From NCBI RefSeq assembly GCF_018350175.1, contig NC_058368.1, positions 213,964,001 through 214,028,000 on the forward strand: a DNA stretch of 64,000 nucleotides, given 5' to 3'. The notes under the pieces were generated by a model. The model was not told the DNA's origin, did no database searches, and worked only from the letters and a program-made list of their open reading frames with translations. This stretch comes from Felis catus (lineage: Eukaryota). Both the position numbers and the translations under genes were made by a program. This document shows, in pieces, positions 63,261 to 64,000 of the stretch; position 1 is the first letter of the stretch; every line of letters begins with the position of its first letter.

Positions 63261-64000
63261 GTTTCTTACTTACAACTATTTAATGTTACATATGCAAGAT
63301 TGAAAATTTGGGGAATATGTTACTTTTATTAGCAGGAGAAAGAAACATATGCTATTTTGGAAATTCTGTGGAGAAAGTAGGAAACATAGGCAGAAAAATA
63401 AATCACCCATGATTCCATCACCAAGAACTTTTGTATACTGTCAGACCTTCTGTATATAAACACATGTACACATATGCACTCAAGTATGCCTTAACAATTA
63501 GATACCATACATATGGTTTCCATAGACTTCCTTTTTCATTAACTAATACATCATGCATATCTCTGTGTTGAATCCACATTTACATTTACATTGATGGCTG
63601 CATATTAATGCATATCTTAAGTACCAATTGTAGATACACTAATTTATTGACTAATGAAAGATGTGTAGGTTGTAAGCAATCTGTTGTAAATGTTGCACAC
63701 ACATACGCACACACACACACTCACACACATATTAGAGGAGTGAGAGAAGACCTGTCTAGGGCTTCTTAATTTGTTAATCATAAAATGTAAGATGGTATCT
63801 GTAAGAAAAGGGTGTCCTCGTGCTCCCCCTCCACACAGATAGCAAGACTGAACGGGAAGGAATGCTGGATTCATCAGTGGCCTTGAGACTGTTACAAGGG
63901 AAGATATTTGAAATTTTTATACAAGTACTTTGACTAGTCTTTATGCGTTAAAATAATGCCAGAGCCACATGCTGCTTGGGACTTTTTTTTTTTTTTTAAT

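Noticed and set aside
1..64000. CRISPR arrays, operons, defence systems, rRNA, snoRNA or known miRNA genes, U12-type introns
   Set aside because: The sequence is mammalian intron/exon DNA. I saw no repeat-spacer array and recognised no RNA gene by eye (an Infernal/Rfam scan would be needed to exclude one). All 16 introns have U2-type GT-AG ends with no GTATCC donor.

Overview
This is eukaryotic (mammalian) genomic DNA: the 3' half of the DROSHA gene (RNase III of the Microprocessor) on the + strand. I located 17 coding exons by hand (185-62014). All introns are GT-AG and the exons splice into one open frame of 552 codons plus TAA, equivalent to about residues 823-1374 of human DROSHA recalled from memory. 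The frame covers the end of the central domain, RIIIDa, RIIIDb, the dsRBD and the C-terminal tail, and all RNase III catalytic positions are intact. The introns carry 26 carnivore tRNA-derived SINEs (Can-SINE; one looks like a young felid SINEC_Fc), several L1 fragments including a young felid-type L1 nested in a SINE, an MLT1A LTR, MER3/MER5A/MER58A DNA transposons and MIR/L2 relics. The host is therefore most likely a cat-family species. Almost all ORFs in the six-frame track are repeat or intron noise. I found no new gene system. The most interesting leads are hypotheses: (i) closely spaced inverted SINE pairs that should fold the DROSHA pre-mRNA into long hairpins, one with a pri-miRNA-like 24-nt loop; (ii) a young sense-strand L1 with poly(A) signals and a possible short 3' transduction inside the RIIIDa-coding region; (iii) a second splice acceptor in the last exon that would swap the C-terminal tail. 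Repeat family names come from recognition, not from a RepeatMasker run.
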